Part shown: one piece after another, positions 5,462 through 16,700 of the stretch
How positions within the stretch are numbered: the first letter of the stretch is position 1
Layout of the letters: every line of letters begins with the position of its first letter
Virus record (IMG/VR): IMGVR_UViG_3300023440_000004
Span: 1 to 64,000 of that record
Direction: 5' to 3' (one strand)
DNA from: a virus
DNA: 64,000 bases
Notes under the pieces: model-generated
The model's database searches: none
Told to the model about the DNA's origin: nothing
Seen by the model: only the letters and a program-made list of their open reading frames with translations
Position numbers and translations under genes: made by a program

Positions 5462-7960
5462 ATGCTATATACCCTCGACTTCATCGAAGCCTCCCAACCT
5501 TGGCGCAAGGTCATCATCAAGCGCGGCGGTTCCCTGGAGATCAACAACCCGAAACCCTCCTGGCGCGTCACGTCCTACCGTGAGGAAGCCAACGACCTCC
5601 GCACCGTCTATAAACACATACTCCACCATGCCGACAGGGGCCGTGGGCTGCTTCGGGGTAACTTGAAGAAGCCTCTGGACGACGAACCTCGGGCCGGTAA
5701 GGTGGCATCCGACGCCAGAACCAGGCTCCTGGTATTCGACGTCGATGGGACCAGGACGACAGACGACCCGCACGAGTTCATCACCGGCGTCCTGGGTCTG
5801 CCCGACACCGATGCGATCTTCATCTACACCAGCTCGTACCGGATCAAGGAGGGGCTTCGGTTCCTGGCCCTGATCCCGCTGGCTGACCCACAGCCCTGGC
5901 AACGCCTGAAGGACCTCGTGTGGTGGCTCCAGGTATCGAACCCGCTCCTGAGCGCCGAGACGAGGCTGGACGTATCCGGCTCCGTCCTGGTCCCACCGAT
6001 AGATCTGGCGTCCTGTGTCCCGTCGCAAGTTTTCACCATAGCGGCGCCGAAGTTCGCCCCGTCGGGCCTGGACCCGTTCAAAGACCTGCCGAACGCCAGG
6101 TATGTCTACCATGAGGGGGCTAAGCCGTATCTGGACATAATCCCGTTGCTGCCGAAGGACAGGACTGAAATCGCCGAAGCGAAAGCGGCGCTGTTGACCC
6201 AGTTGCGTGCCGAGTCCGGCTATCGGACCAAAACCACTCCCGCGACCCAAACGTCGGTGGAAAGTGACGGTTCGGAGTGGACGTTGGTAAAGGACCCGCC
6301 GCCGGCGGAGGTTACGGAGGTGAAAGACTGCGGGCGGTATGTCCGGCTCAACCTGAACGGCGGGGACTCGGAAGCTTATTGGCACCCGAAGGATAAGCTG
6401 GCGTTCCTGTACTCCTTCAAGGGGATGGTCAAGTATCCGATGGAGAAGATCGTCCCGGAGTACTACATGTCCCTCGTCCAACAGCGCCGGGACGAGTCGG
6501 AGCGCCGCATGGCGGAGGCGATGGCCAAGCCCGCCGACAACGAATCGTCCGGGGAAGCGCCGGTCCCGATGGTGGTGCTGGAGGAATCGACTGAAGAGTA
6601 CCTGTGCTTCGAGCTGACGGCCGAAACGACATGGAAGGACGTCGTGCGGTTCGTGAAGAAGTCCAGCGCCATGTCGTGGCTGGCCACGCTCGGGTACGAC
6701 ACCGAGGCGGCCAAGAACCCTGTCCTGATGCGCTCCGTGTTCGACCCCAGCATCGGATTTCTGGACATCCGTACCCGGCGTATCAACCGCTTCACGCCTC
6801 CGGACGAACCTCACACGTTGCGGGAACCCGCAACCACGAGTAATCTCCCGCCCCAGTTTCTGAAGTTGCTCAGCCACGTTCTGGCCTATGACGACGAGAT
6901 GATCGAGACGATGCTGGATTGGCTGGCGTTCGTGTATCAGCGTCGGTGTCCGCCCCATTCGGCATGGCTATGGCACGGTACCACGGGTACAGGGAAGGAC
7001 CTGACTTGGCGGATATTGCGCTGGACGTTCGGTGAGGCGTATTGTAAGGTCGTCATGCCGCACCAGTTGGTGGAGAACTTCAACGCTTGGGTCGAGGATA
7101 CGAATCTGGTGTTCGTCAACGAGATCGACAGCCGGGTGTTCCAGCGGACCAACCTGACGGCGCGGCTGAACGATTACATCACCGCCGACAAGGTCGCCGT
7201 TCGGCGGATGCGCCAGGACTTGTACGAGGTCCCGAATTTCGCGGCGTATATCTTCACATCCAACCGCATGGACGCCATAGAACTCCCGCCCCACGACCGT
7301 CGGTTCCACGTCCCACCTCGCCAGGAGACGAAGCTTATCAACGTTCTGGGTCAGGACGAAATCGAGTTCCTTGTCTCGCCGCCGCCAGAGTTCATCTATG
7401 ACCTTCGCGCTTGGTTCCGGGCCAGGGTGTTCGACGAGGTCCGAGTACGCCGGCCGGCGATGACCGAAGCCAAGATTACGCTGGCGGATGCCGCCCAACC
7501 GGCGGCTCAGCGGGTGGTCGGCTATTTGCGCTACGGGTCGTGGGACGAGTTGGTGAAGGTGCTGGACCCGCTCGATAGGGTGATGAACGCCAAGGGGTTG
7601 CCCGACGAGGCTATGGTGCTGGCCGATATGTTCCAGAGTATCCTCCGCCACGCGGAGACGGCCCGATCCGGTCACGTGCCAGTGTCGATGACGGAGCTCA
7701 GGGCTCTGTTCGCCGTCACGTGCGACCGGGAGATCGCCCACATGGCCCCGGCGAAGTTTCGCCAGTGGCTGCTTCATCAGGGGCTTCACGAGGCGGACAA
7801 GTCGGTGGTCAAGAAACGCCTCAAGAAAGCGATTCGCGGGGTGGTGTTTCCTGTCCCACGGCCATCGGATACGCTCGACCGCGTACGGGAGCATCTGACG
7901 GGGCTGGGGTATTTGGCCAAGGGTAAGACTGGCAAAGTCGTCAATCTGCACGAGAAGTAG
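5462..7960 (+). CDS. bifunctional primase-polymerase / SF3 (D5-like) helicase
   Basis: 832 aa. The N-terminal LLVFDVDG is an AEP-type DxD motif. C-terminal motifs are Walker A GTTGTGKD, Walker B LVFVNEID and motif C IFTSN, followed by RRFHV. Confidence 0.75.
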   Translation: MLYTLDFIEASQPWRKVIIKRGGSLEINNPKPSWRVTSYREEANDLRTVYKHILHHADRGRGLLRGNLKKPLDDEPRAGKVASDARTRLLVFDVDGTRTTDDPHEFITGVLGLPDTDAIFIYTSSYRIKEGLRFLALIPLADPQPWQRLKDLVWWLQVSNPLLSAETRLDVSGSVLVPPIDLASCVPSQVFTIAAPKFAPSGLDPFKDLPNARYVYHEGAKPYLDIIPLLPKDRTEIAEAKAALLTQLRAESGYRTKTTPATQTSVESDGSEWTLVKDPPPAEVTEVKDCGRYVRLNLNGGDSEAYWHPKDKLAFLYSFKGMVKYPMEKIVPEYYMSLVQQRRDESERRMAEAMAKPADNESSGEAPVPMVVLEESTEEYLCFELTAETTWKDVVRFVKKSSAMSWLATLGYDTEAAKNPVLMRSVFDPSIGFLDIRTRRINRFTPPDEPHTLREPATTSNLPPQFLKLLSHVLAYDDEMIETMLDWLAFVYQRRCPPHSAWLWHGTTGTGKDLTWRILRWTFGEAYCKVVMPHQLVENFNAWVEDTNLVFVNEIDSRVFQRTNLTARLNDYITADKVAVRRMRQDLYEVPNFAAYIFTSNRMDAIELPPHDRRFHVPPRQETKLINVLGQDEIEFLVSPPPEFIYDLRAWFRARVFDEVRVRRPAMTEAKITLADAAQPAAQRVVGYLRYGSWDELVKVLDPLDRVMNAKGLPDEAMVLADMFQSILRHAETARSGHVPVSMTELRALFAVTCDREIAHMAPAKFRQWLLHQGLHEADKSVVKKRLKKAIRGVVFPVPRPSDTLDRVREHLTGLGYLAKGKTGKVVNLHEK

Positions 7961-7966
7961 AGGCTT

Positions 7967-8449
7967 ATGGTGGCCAGGACCAGAAGGGCCAGGACCAGAA
8001 GTCTGACCGGGACCTTGCTGACCGAAAAGGAGTCGCTGTTTCTGGCGCGTCTTGCCGAGGGGATGACACCAGCGGCAGCCGCAGCGGCCGCTGGGTACGC
8101 CAATCCGGCGTCGACTGCGAGGGCGTTGATGCTGCGCCCCCACATCCGTGACGAAGTGGCCAACATCCAGGCCAGGCTGCATGACGAACTGGGGGTATCC
8201 CGCGTCAAGGTGCTGCGTATGCTGAACGAGGCGTACCAGTTGGCGTTGGAGAAGGAAGACCCGAAGGCGATCGTGCGTGTTGCGGCGGAGATCAACAAGA
8301 TGTGCGGGTACTATCAGCAGGGGGACCAGGGCGGTGGCCAGGTGATCGAGCGTCTTCAGCGGGCGCTCGATCCTGACCCTGTCCAGGGGCTTCCGGACGA
8401 GGAGTTGATGAAACTCGCCAACGGCGTCCCGCCCGATGAAGAGCCTTGA
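7967..8449 (+). CDS. terS: terminase small subunit
   Basis: 160 aa. LTEKESLFLARLAEGMTPAAAAAAAGYANPASTARALMLRPHIRDEV is a typical TerS HTH pattern. It lies immediately upstream of, and overlaps, the large terminase. Confidence 0.7.
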   Translation: MVARTRRARTRSLTGTLLTEKESLFLARLAEGMTPAAAAAAAGYANPASTARALMLRPHIRDEVANIQARLHDELGVSRVKVLRMLNEAYQLALEKEDPKAIVRVAAEINKMCGYYQQGDQGGGQVIERLQRALDPDPVQGLPDEELMKLANGVPPDEEP

Positions 8450-9998
8450 CCTGCTAGCTCAAGCGGCTCGGCATGAGCTAGCCCGCCGGAGGTTCGAGCA
8501 CTTCATACCGCTGGTCGAGCCTTCGTACCAGATGGGCTGGGCGCAGAAGCTGGTCGCCAGGAAACTGGAGAAGTTCTTCGCTGCGGTCGAGCGGGGCGAA
8601 TCGCCCCGGTTGATGGTTCTGCTCCCGCCGCGTCATTCCAAGAGTCTCACCGTATCTCAGTTGTTCCCGGCCTGGGTGCTCGGGAAGGACCCGACCAGGG
8701 AGATCGTCGTCGCTTCGTACGGGATGTCCCTCCCAGCCAAGTTCTCTCGCCGGGTGCGTGAGATGGTGCGTAGCGACCAGACCTACCACCAGATTTTCCC
8801 GGACACCCGGCTACATCCCGATATCCAGGCGGTGGAGGAGTGGGAAACTACGTTGGGCGGTGGTTTTCGGCCGGTTGGCCGTGGTGGGCCGCTGACCGGA
8901 AAGGGTGCGGACGTCCTCATCATCGACGATATCCTCAAGGACTCGGAGGAGGCCGATTCTCCCACCATCCGGGAAGCGGCCATGGACTGGTATTCGTCGA
9001 CAGCCTATACCCGTCTCTACCCCGGCGCGGGGGTCATCATCGTGATGACCCGGTGGCACGTCGAGGACCTGGCGGGTATGCTCCTTCAGGAGCCCGAGGA
9101 CAAGACTCTGGCCGAGCTGCGGGACGAGTGGGACGTGCTGAAGCTGCCGGCGGTGGCGGAAGAGGACGAGTATGTCGATTGGGGTGCAGCCGTTCTGGCC
9201 AGGGGCGGCGCTCCTGCCGAGTCCTTCGAGAAGGTCAGGTCGCCAGGTGATGCGCTTCACCCGGAGCGCTACGACGAGCGCGCCCTACAGCGTATCAAAG
9301 CGACGCTGCAACCCAGGCACTGGCAAGCCCTTTATCAGCAAGAGCCCTTGCCGGACGGTGGGGCGTTCTTCGAGGTGGAGCGAATCCGCTACACGGCGCC
9401 GCCGTCAACCGAGTCGTTGCGTATCGTCATAGCCGCCGACACAGCGGCGGCCACCGACCAGGCCGCCGACGATTCTTGTATCATGGCCGTCGGGATGGAT
9501 GCTGGCCGGAACATGTGGGTGCTGGACGCTTTCGCTGCTCGGGTCAATGTCTTCGCGTTCGTGGAGACACTCCTGGACTTCTATGTTCGTTTTCCGTCCG
9601 CCGTCACGGTCGGGATCGAATCCGGCCCGCTACGTGAGGCGATCATGCCGGTCCTGGAGCAGCGAATGCTGGAGCGCGGCGTGTTCCTCCCGCTTGCCGA
9701 CAAGCAGGAGATGCGCCCGTTGGCGGCCAAGGAAATCCGTGCCCGCCCGCTCCAGGGGATCCTTCAGACAGATCGATTGTGGCTGCCCGACCCTAACATC
9801 GCTTGGGTGCGGAAGCTGGTCGGTCAGATGAAGACGTTTCCACAGTCGTCTCACGACGATATGGTCGATGCGCTGGCGTGGGCGGTTCGGTTGTTGTTGG
9901 CCAGAGGAACGCCGCAAATAAGGCGCCCCAGGAGCAAACTATCGTCGTGGCGTGATATGCTACGCCCGGCTAAACGAAAAACATTCATGAGTGCGTAA
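8436..9998 (+). CDS. terL: terminase large subunit
   Basis: 520 aa. ATPase region with LPPRHSKS and VLIIDDILKD. The C-terminal nuclease signature SSHDDMVDALAWAVRLL is typical of TerL. Confidence 0.85.
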   Translation: MKSLDLLAQAARHELARRRFEHFIPLVEPSYQMGWAQKLVARKLEKFFAAVERGESPRLMVLLPPRHSKSLTVSQLFPAWVLGKDPTREIVVASYGMSLPAKFSRRVREMVRSDQTYHQIFPDTRLHPDIQAVEEWETTLGGGFRPVGRGGPLTGKGADVLIIDDILKDSEEADSPTIREAAMDWYSSTAYTRLYPGAGVIIVMTRWHVEDLAGMLLQEPEDKTLAELRDEWDVLKLPAVAEEDEYVDWGAAVLARGGAPAESFEKVRSPGDALHPERYDERALQRIKATLQPRHWQALYQQEPLPDGGAFFEVERIRYTAPPSTESLRIVIAADTAAATDQAADDSCIMAVGMDAGRNMWVLDAFAARVNVFAFVETLLDFYVRFPSAVTVGIESGPLREAIMPVLEQRMLERGVFLPLADKQEMRPLAAKEIRARPLQGILQTDRLWLPDPNIAWVRKLVGQMKTFPQSSHDDMVDALAWAVRLLLARGTPQIRRPRSKLSSWRDMLRPAKRKTFMSA

Positions 9999-10612
9999 TG
10001 AACGGAGAAGAACTATTGGCGCGGACGAGGCGCCTGGTCCGGGACGATACGCCGGATTACTTGTTCTCGGACGATGAGATTTATCAGGCGCTGTCGGATG
10101 CTCAGTATGAAGCGTGCGAGCGCACCGGATTGCTGCGTGAACTGGTAGATCTAACCGTTCCGACGAGCGGAGCACCTGTCGAGTTGCCTATGCACGTTTA
10201 TCGACCTTTGGACGTCGAGTATCGTGGCAGGTCGTATTCGGTTCAGGACTTGTCCAGATACCCGGTGTCAACCCTGGCCGGTGCGTTGCCAGAAGGGGTT
10301 TATCATGACCTTGGGAGGCTGTATCTAGTCCCTAAGCCATTGGCTAACGAGGTTGTTCGCCTCAAAGCAATCGTCATCCCGAAGACGCCAATATCTGAGG
10401 ATCATCAAACAGTTGCGATTCCAGAGCGGTTCCACTACGCTTTGTGTGACGGCGCTGCGGCCAGGTTGATGCGCACGTTGGATGCCGACATGGAGGACGA
10501 CGCTCGGTTACGCCGTTTCGAGGCGCTGTGGGAACGGCATTTGCTCGACATGCGCCGCTATGCCGCACGCCATAATCGGACGAACTCAACTGTGAAATAC
10601 GGAGGCTACTGA
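9998..10612 (+). CDS. hypothetical virion protein (possible head-tail adaptor)
   Basis: 204 aa with a TAATG overlap to terL. The N-terminal pattern LARTRRLVRDDTPDYLFSDDEIYQALSDAQ resembles adaptor or connector families. This is recognised by pattern only. Confidence 0.35.
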   Translation: MNGEELLARTRRLVRDDTPDYLFSDDEIYQALSDAQYEACERTGLLRELVDLTVPTSGAPVELPMHVYRPLDVEYRGRSYSVQDLSRYPVSTLAGALPEGVYHDLGRLYLVPKPLANEVVRLKAIVIPKTPISEDHQTVAIPERFHYALCDGAAARLMRTLDADMEDDARLRRFEALWERHLLDMRRYAARHNRTNSTVKYGGY

Positions 10613-11043
10613 TGGCTAACGCATTGTATGACCGGGCGCGCAAGCTGTTTCTCGACGCCCAGATCAATTGGGCGCTGGACACGATCCACTGTTGTCTGGT
10701 AGAGCAGGGCGTGGCACCTAATCTGACGTCCGCTACGGCATCCATTGCCGACATCGCTACCACGCAACGGAACTATGGGACGGCTGGGTCTGCCGGGGTT
10801 GCGCTGATCAACAAAGTGTCTACTGCTGAGGGGGCGGCCGATGCCGATGACGTGACGTTCACTGCGGTATCCGGTACCACGATCGGGGCGGTCGTGCTCT
10901 ACAAGTTGATCAGTACGACCGACGAGACGCAGAACCCGACGATTCTGTGGCTGGACACGGCGACCGGTTTGCCGATCACGCCGAATACCGGTGACATCAT
11001 CGTCACTTGGGACAACGGTATCAACAAGATCTTCCGGCCATGA
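10612..11043 (+). CDS. hypothetical protein (143 aa)
   Basis: GGAGG 6 nt upstream and a TGATG overlap. Clean ORF. Confidence 0.8.
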   Translation: MANALYDRARKLFLDAQINWALDTIHCCLVEQGVAPNLTSATASIADIATTQRNYGTAGSAGVALINKVSTAEGAADADDVTFTAVSGTTIGAVVLYKLISTTDETQNPTILWLDTATGLPITPNTGDIIVTWDNGINKIFRP

Positions 11044-11231
11044 AGCAACGACTCGACATCAAAAAGGCCATAAAGCGGCCTGGTGCGTTGACGCGTAAGG
11101 CGAAGCGTCGCGGGATGTCGGTAGGCGAGATGATTCGTAATCCGCCTAAGAATATCGATACCCGTACCAAACGGCAGATCAATTTCGCCAAGCTGTTGCG
11201 CAAGTTAGCCAAGCGTCGTAAGCGGAGGTAA
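11040..11231 (+). CDS. small basic protein (63 aa)
   Basis: ATGA overlap with the previous gene. MKQRLDIKKAIKRPGALTRKAKRRGMSVGEM...KRRKRR. Confidence 0.6.
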   Translation: MKQRLDIKKAIKRPGALTRKAKRRGMSVGEMIRNPPKNIDTRTKRQINFAKLLRKLAKRRKRR

Positions 11232-11233
11232 TC

Positions 11234-13753
11234 ATGGTCGCACGGAATTGTGGTGCCCCGGCTCGTTACTGGCGATTCGGGCTGATCCATAAGTCGCGTC
11301 AGATCGTCGTCGGTACTTTTTCTGTCGCCGAACTTTGGGCAAGTGATACGCCCGATTTTCAAGCGACTAACATTCTGTCTACGGCGACGTTGACTGTCGA
11401 CCATGCTGTCGGGCTTTACGAAGTGACTGCCCCGCTAGACGCCACTAGCAACCCTATTCTAGACGGCGCCGTACTGGTCGACGGTGATCCTGCCACGTCG
11501 GTCACTGTCAGTGTCAAAGTGAATCCACAACCCAGGGCGTGGTTCGTCGATGCCGACTTTGGGGCGGCCACTCAGGTCGGTATCGAATCTGTCGGTATAA
11601 ATGTTGCTTCCATCCCTGGTGGTAGTTTGTCCGACTACCGGGTTCAGGTTTGGAGCTCTGACGACGGTGTGAATTGGCGGTTGATCGACGAGTATCCGTT
11701 GTTCGGGGCGACGTTAGGGTCTTTGGCCCAATGGCGAAATTACGGTCGTTCGACGTACCTACGCAATACGCAAGTCCCATTGACTGGCGGAGACGGATTC
11801 ATTCCCGGCATCGTCTCGGAAGACTCTGCCGTGAAACCGAATGCTCGGGTGTTCTGCTTCGAGCGGGACACGATGCGCCTGGTAGCCGAAGGTCGGGCGG
11901 ATATCAACGGTAACTACGTTTTCTATGGCCTTGATCCGAACAAGCCTTATCTTCTGATGGCCGTCGACGACGACGGTGCCCCTATGAAGCAGCCCGTCGC
12001 GTGGGACCACGTTTACCCGACGAGGGGGCCGTACTCCGGCACGTTTGCTATTCCTGAGGTCGGTAATCGGCTGGTTATCTCGGATTTGAACCTGACTGCC
12101 TATTACCGACCGGGGCTATCGCCTGATACGAGTATCTCTTTCGGGTTGGCGGATTTTCATCCAGCGACCCCGTGGTCAGAAAACCCGTTCCCCTCCGGGG
12201 GGTATTTCTTGTTCCGTGACCCGGCTCAGCGGGCGGTTTCTACGATAGCGCCGTTGCGCCCGGATCGCCCGTTGATTCATTTGAACGTTGATGGTGATAC
12301 GACCAGCACCCAGTCCCGCAACCTTAACTTGGTCGGCACGATGGCTCGTGTTGCCGAATCTGGTTTCTCGGTCGAATTCGTGTTGGCAAGAGACGCTTCG
12401 TTGGCTCACGATGTGTGGATCTCCGTGCTTGGTTACCCGGATGATTTTGATAACCTTTCGTGGGGGGAACGTTGGCTCAACGCTGCCTCGAAAGTAGGGT
12501 GGCGTGGGTATGGGTCTAATAACATCTCCACCCAAGAAACCGCACACATCGCCATCACTCAGGCTGGAGGCGTTCGCGTCGTAGCGAAGGGTAGCTTATC
12601 AGCCATGGTAGATCAGACGATTACACCTACGATCAATATTGTAGACGGGAACCCCCATCATTACGTTATCGTTCTTGAACCTGGTGTAGCTATTTCTGTT
12701 TACGTTGATGGTACGCTGGCCGGGACGATATCTATGTTAGGTAGTGGTTCGTTGGAGACGATGAAATGGCAATATACCAGTGGCTTTAATCACGTACAGC
12801 CTGCGGTGCTTGGGCAGATTAACGTATCGACGCAGCTCAACCCAGTAAGCAGCTATTTTTGGTGGGTAACGCCTTGTGATCTTGGGTTTATCGCATGTTA
12901 TAAAGCCGCGCTTACGGCCACTCAATGCGCCGATCTCTACAACGAGGTGCTTGGGAATCTGGCGGATAAGACGTCGCTCCTGTTATCAGGGTATGAGGCT
13001 AGCGTTTTGTTTCGTGTACCGGCGTTTTATATGCCAATGCAGGACGCCTCGACGGACTTCAATTCCACCGATACGCCCCCGCGTTGCTATCCTGCTCCTG
13101 GGCTGACCCTAACGCGCACGGTTTCCGACAATGCGGACGCCTACCTGACGGACGGGTCGTTGGTTCCGCAGACAAGCATTCCTGGTAGTACGCGATCGAC
13201 GTTCAAGTTGATTTCATCCACAACTGCCAAGACTCTGACATTTGGATATGGCGGCGTACCGGCTGTTGAGTCCCCACGTCAGCGGACATTCGCCGCTTGG
13301 GTGCGGACCGATGCTTACCCTACTACTGGGGTCGGAGCTATATCGATTAGGCGTACCCAATTACGGCAGGCAGCCTATTCAATAGACTACGGCGTGGCAA
13401 CGTATGTCGCCTGTTTCCAAATAGGTGCATCCGGTGCTGTCTCCGTCGTAGTATCCCTAGCGGCTTACCCGGCGTCGGAGTTCACTTGGAACACCTCTTA
13501 TACACTGCCACTAAATACGCTGGTGTTCCTAACGTGGAGGTACGACTTTGACCGCGGGGTGATGGAGCTGTTCGCTAACGGGGCTTTGGTCGATACGCTT
13601 ACTACCTCTTTATTTTTGTGGTTTGGATCGACAGGTCTTATCCGGTTGGAGGCCCCTGCCAATTCCGGGCCGTGGTATTTCAGGGATTTGATGGTCTTCG
13701 ACCGGGCGCTGACTGATACGGAGATTTCGGATCTGTATAACGCTGGTCTATGA
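11234..13753 (+). CDS. virion or fibre protein with two LamG (concanavalin-A-like lectin) domains
   Basis: 839 aa with GGAGG RBS. Two LamG-type endings are present: SVYVDGTLAG...ACYKAALTATQCADLYN and FAAWVR...LVFLTWRYD..MELFANGALV...YFRDLMVFDRALTDTEISDLYN. There is also a carboxypeptidase-regulatory-like stretch, ADINGNYVFYGLDPNKPYLLMAVDDDG. Confidence 0.65.
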   Translation: MVARNCGAPARYWRFGLIHKSRQIVVGTFSVAELWASDTPDFQATNILSTATLTVDHAVGLYEVTAPLDATSNPILDGAVLVDGDPATSVTVSVKVNPQPRAWFVDADFGAATQVGIESVGINVASIPGGSLSDYRVQVWSSDDGVNWRLIDEYPLFGATLGSLAQWRNYGRSTYLRNTQVPLTGGDGFIPGIVSEDSAVKPNARVFCFERDTMRLVAEGRADINGNYVFYGLDPNKPYLLMAVDDDGAPMKQPVAWDHVYPTRGPYSGTFAIPEVGNRLVISDLNLTAYYRPGLSPDTSISFGLADFHPATPWSENPFPSGGYFLFRDPAQRAVSTIAPLRPDRPLIHLNVDGDTTSTQSRNLNLVGTMARVAESGFSVEFVLARDASLAHDVWISVLGYPDDFDNLSWGERWLNAASKVGWRGYGSNNISTQETAHIAITQAGGVRVVAKGSLSAMVDQTITPTINIVDGNPHHYVIVLEPGVAISVYVDGTLAGTISMLGSGSLETMKWQYTSGFNHVQPAVLGQINVSTQLNPVSSYFWWVTPCDLGFIACYKAALTATQCADLYNEVLGNLADKTSLLLSGYEASVLFRVPAFYMPMQDASTDFNSTDTPPRCYPAPGLTLTRTVSDNADAYLTDGSLVPQTSIPGSTRSTFKLISSTTAKTLTFGYGGVPAVESPRQRTFAAWVRTDAYPTTGVGAISIRRTQLRQAAYSIDYGVATYVACFQIGASGAVSVVVSLAAYPASEFTWNTSYTLPLNTLVFLTWRYDFDRGVMELFANGALVDTLTTSLFLWFGSTGLIRLEAPANSGPWYFRDLMVFDRALTDTEISDLYNAGL

Positions 13754-13756
13754 CAC

Positions 13757-16700
13757 GTGGCCACCTCGCAGTTTATCGCTCCCGCGACTATCGGGGACCA
13801 GCTGTCCATAGGCGGACCTGTCGTAAGTACCGGACTTGGCCAGGTACTTCAACCTTCAGGAGTTCTTTACACGGGGTACGGTGCTCGTAAATATACGTAC
13901 GTCCTATTTACCACCGTACCGAGTTATGACCTCCTGTTAACTCAGACTTTTTGCCGGAGAGGGGCCGTCATCCTAGCCCTCTCCGGATCCGAATTGTTCC
14001 GCCCTATAAACCCAACCTCCCTTACGGACTACGGTAGTCCGATAGTTTGGAACTACTCCAGCTATTTATCCCCTCTAGGCGTCGAGTCATTCCGATATCT
14101 TAGGCCGTCGGTGGCGGATAAATCGGTAGCCCTAGACCTTTTAGATCAAATTTGCCGAGCTTCCGGCCCACAATTGTTGGACCTCAACGGAAACCGTACC
14201 CTCCGCGCCATTAGTTTCCGCGGATATGCTCAGGATTCTTGCGGTACCCCAGCGTTTATTATTGATCAGTTCGTTATTCTCATGGGCGAGGACCTCTCTA
14301 AGATTAGTCGCCCTAAATACATAAGTAGCTCTTTCACGTACTTAGGGTTGCTTCGACAGGTATGCCAACAGGGTTTCATGCGGATAAATCTGTCCATTCT
14401 AGATTTATCTGTCCGGTTGGTCCCATTTTTAGGCGAGGAACAAACTCGTTACGGGAGTGCGGCGCTGGTCCAAACCCCTAGATGGCTACAGATCAATGGC
14501 GATACACATGATTGGCTAGGCACGAGCCCTTTCGTGTCTAATTTACAGATCTGGCTGTACCTTAGCGAAACCCTATGTGTCCAGGGTACTGCGCTACAGC
14601 ATTACCTTGGTGAGAGTCGTGGCCTACATTTTGTCGGTGTCGCGGGAGAGGCGTATGGTTCTGTGACGTTCGTTCAGGGGCCGCCGAGGATCCTATTCAC
14701 TGGTCAGGACTTCGTCGGCTATGGGACATTGACTATCGCTGTTCCTCTCCCGCAGACGCTGACCCTTACTGGGTTAGATACCAATCAGTTTGGTCTGGTC
14801 GATGTTTTCCTACAGGATCAGTTCATTTATTTGAGTGGGCTTGGTACATTGCAGTTCGGTGGGCAAGCGCTGTCCATTCGAGAGCCGCCGCGCCCCGACG
14901 GGCTGGACGCGACCGAGTTCGGCACAGCGTTTGTTTCCCACTTTATACGCAGGTTATATCCGTCCGGTGCGGATTGGTTGTCTATCGGTAGCTCCGATTT
15001 GCAATTGTCGAAGCGATTTCTGTCCCCCGTTTGGGACGCTATGGACAGCATCTCGTCCCCTGTCGTTTGGGTAGCAGTGTGGGGCGGCCATGAAGCTTCA
15101 CAGTTCGGCGCGGCGTATCTTCAACACCTGCTTACGTCAATAGGCCCGTTTCCTGGTCAGGACTCGTTCGAGACTGTTACCACACATAAGTTCGAACACG
15201 GCCTTCGATTCGTCGATGGGTTCGATGCCGTGCCTAATCTACCAATCCCGGACCCATTAGTGTGGAACCATCGCCAGTACCTATACATGTACTCGGCTAC
15301 CGAGTTTTCCAAAGTCGGTGAGTACACGTCAGTAGCCAATCTCAATGTTCCAATATTCCCCGTAGGCGAGTCTTTATCATATATACCTTATACACATACG
15401 TTAGGGTTCAACCATAATCAGAAATTTTTCCAAGGGGTTGCTGCGACTAAGTACGGCGCCATAACCGTCGATTACCGCAATCGGCGACTGTATCCGATAT
15501 GGACACCGTTTCCTAACGTATTCAACCCGAATATGCGGGTCACGAAAACGCCTGTTGTGTTTCCTCCGAGCGTAAAGCAAGACGCCTACGGATACCCGCA
15601 CGTTCGTATATTGACCCAATGGATATCGACGACCGGGCAGAACCTCGACGAGATTGGCAGCGCGTTTGCCGGCGATGCTGTCCGGTCCTTACCCGTACAG
15701 GGTTTGGCAAGCTTCGAATCGATCGATGTCTTTCAGAAGGTTTATCTGGCCCAACAGTTCGTCGTCCCTGTAGGGCTGGACCATTTTGTTCAACCTTGGT
15801 CAACGACATACCTTGAAGAACGTTTCACCGAAATCGAACCGTTTCACCTCGGCAAGGCAGACTACGGTAACGCGGCTATCAAGAATCTGAACCGCGAACT
15901 CGGGTTCTATGGCTGGGGTTTATCCGCGTATGGTAGTTCCGAGATAACGTTGTTTACTCGCTATATCGAGCCCGCCGGAGTCTCTGGTAAGATCGGAAAT
16001 ATTTGGGCCGGAGACCCGACACAAATTCTGTATGGTTTGAAAGGGGGCGTCTTCTCCGAGTACGGGAGTCCATCGATTTATTGGGGGCAGCCATGGCTGC
16101 CTTATACACAGGTAGTGACGATTACCAAGGGGGCCAGCCCTGGTCCCATTGGCACCGTACGGGTTTCCAGGAATCCGCAGCTTATCGAACGCCCCGGTTT
16201 CCCGCTGAATCAGGCTACGAAGTATGGTACGGCATCAGCACAAGGGTTGTCTGCTGGGTTCGGTTTCCAACTGCCGTCAGAAGAATTTGGGATATTTGCT
16301 GTCTTGGCAGCAGTACCTAGGTCCGTAGTCTTCGGGGGGACTTTGTTCACTGGGTACGGCAAACCCAGAATGTCACCGTCGTATATTTACGCAAGACCTG
16401 ATTATCCTTCACCCCCGAATCCTTACGAGGGCACGAGACCTTGGTACCCTCCGGATAGGCCACTGTACGAGACGCTTGGGTATCCGATGGATCGAGACCC
16501 AGGCCCGGGTAGCCCTGTCGTGTCGAATTACATCCGCCAGGTTCGCCCTGTTGGCAGGACTTTTTCTGTGCTGGACGTGTATTTCGGTGTGTCATCTAAA
16601 ACACTAGACCTTGGATTTGTTCGCTTATACCCCACCACCAATCGTTTACCGAAATACGGGGTGCCGGACTTACTTGGTGGGGTTCGAACTGTGTCAGTCT

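Noticed and set aside
5465-6958. 497-aa ORF on the minus strand, antisense to the primase-helicase gene. Similar long antisense ORFs occur at 6968..8182, 23713..24630, 28012..28887, 34347..35642, 37104..38291, 47776..49053, 52118..53317 and 62703..63560.
   Set aside because: These are typical GC-rich shadow ORFs. They are extremely Arg/Pro/Gly/His-rich and have no RBS. Each lies fully inside a gene on the other strand that has recognisable motifs or operon context.
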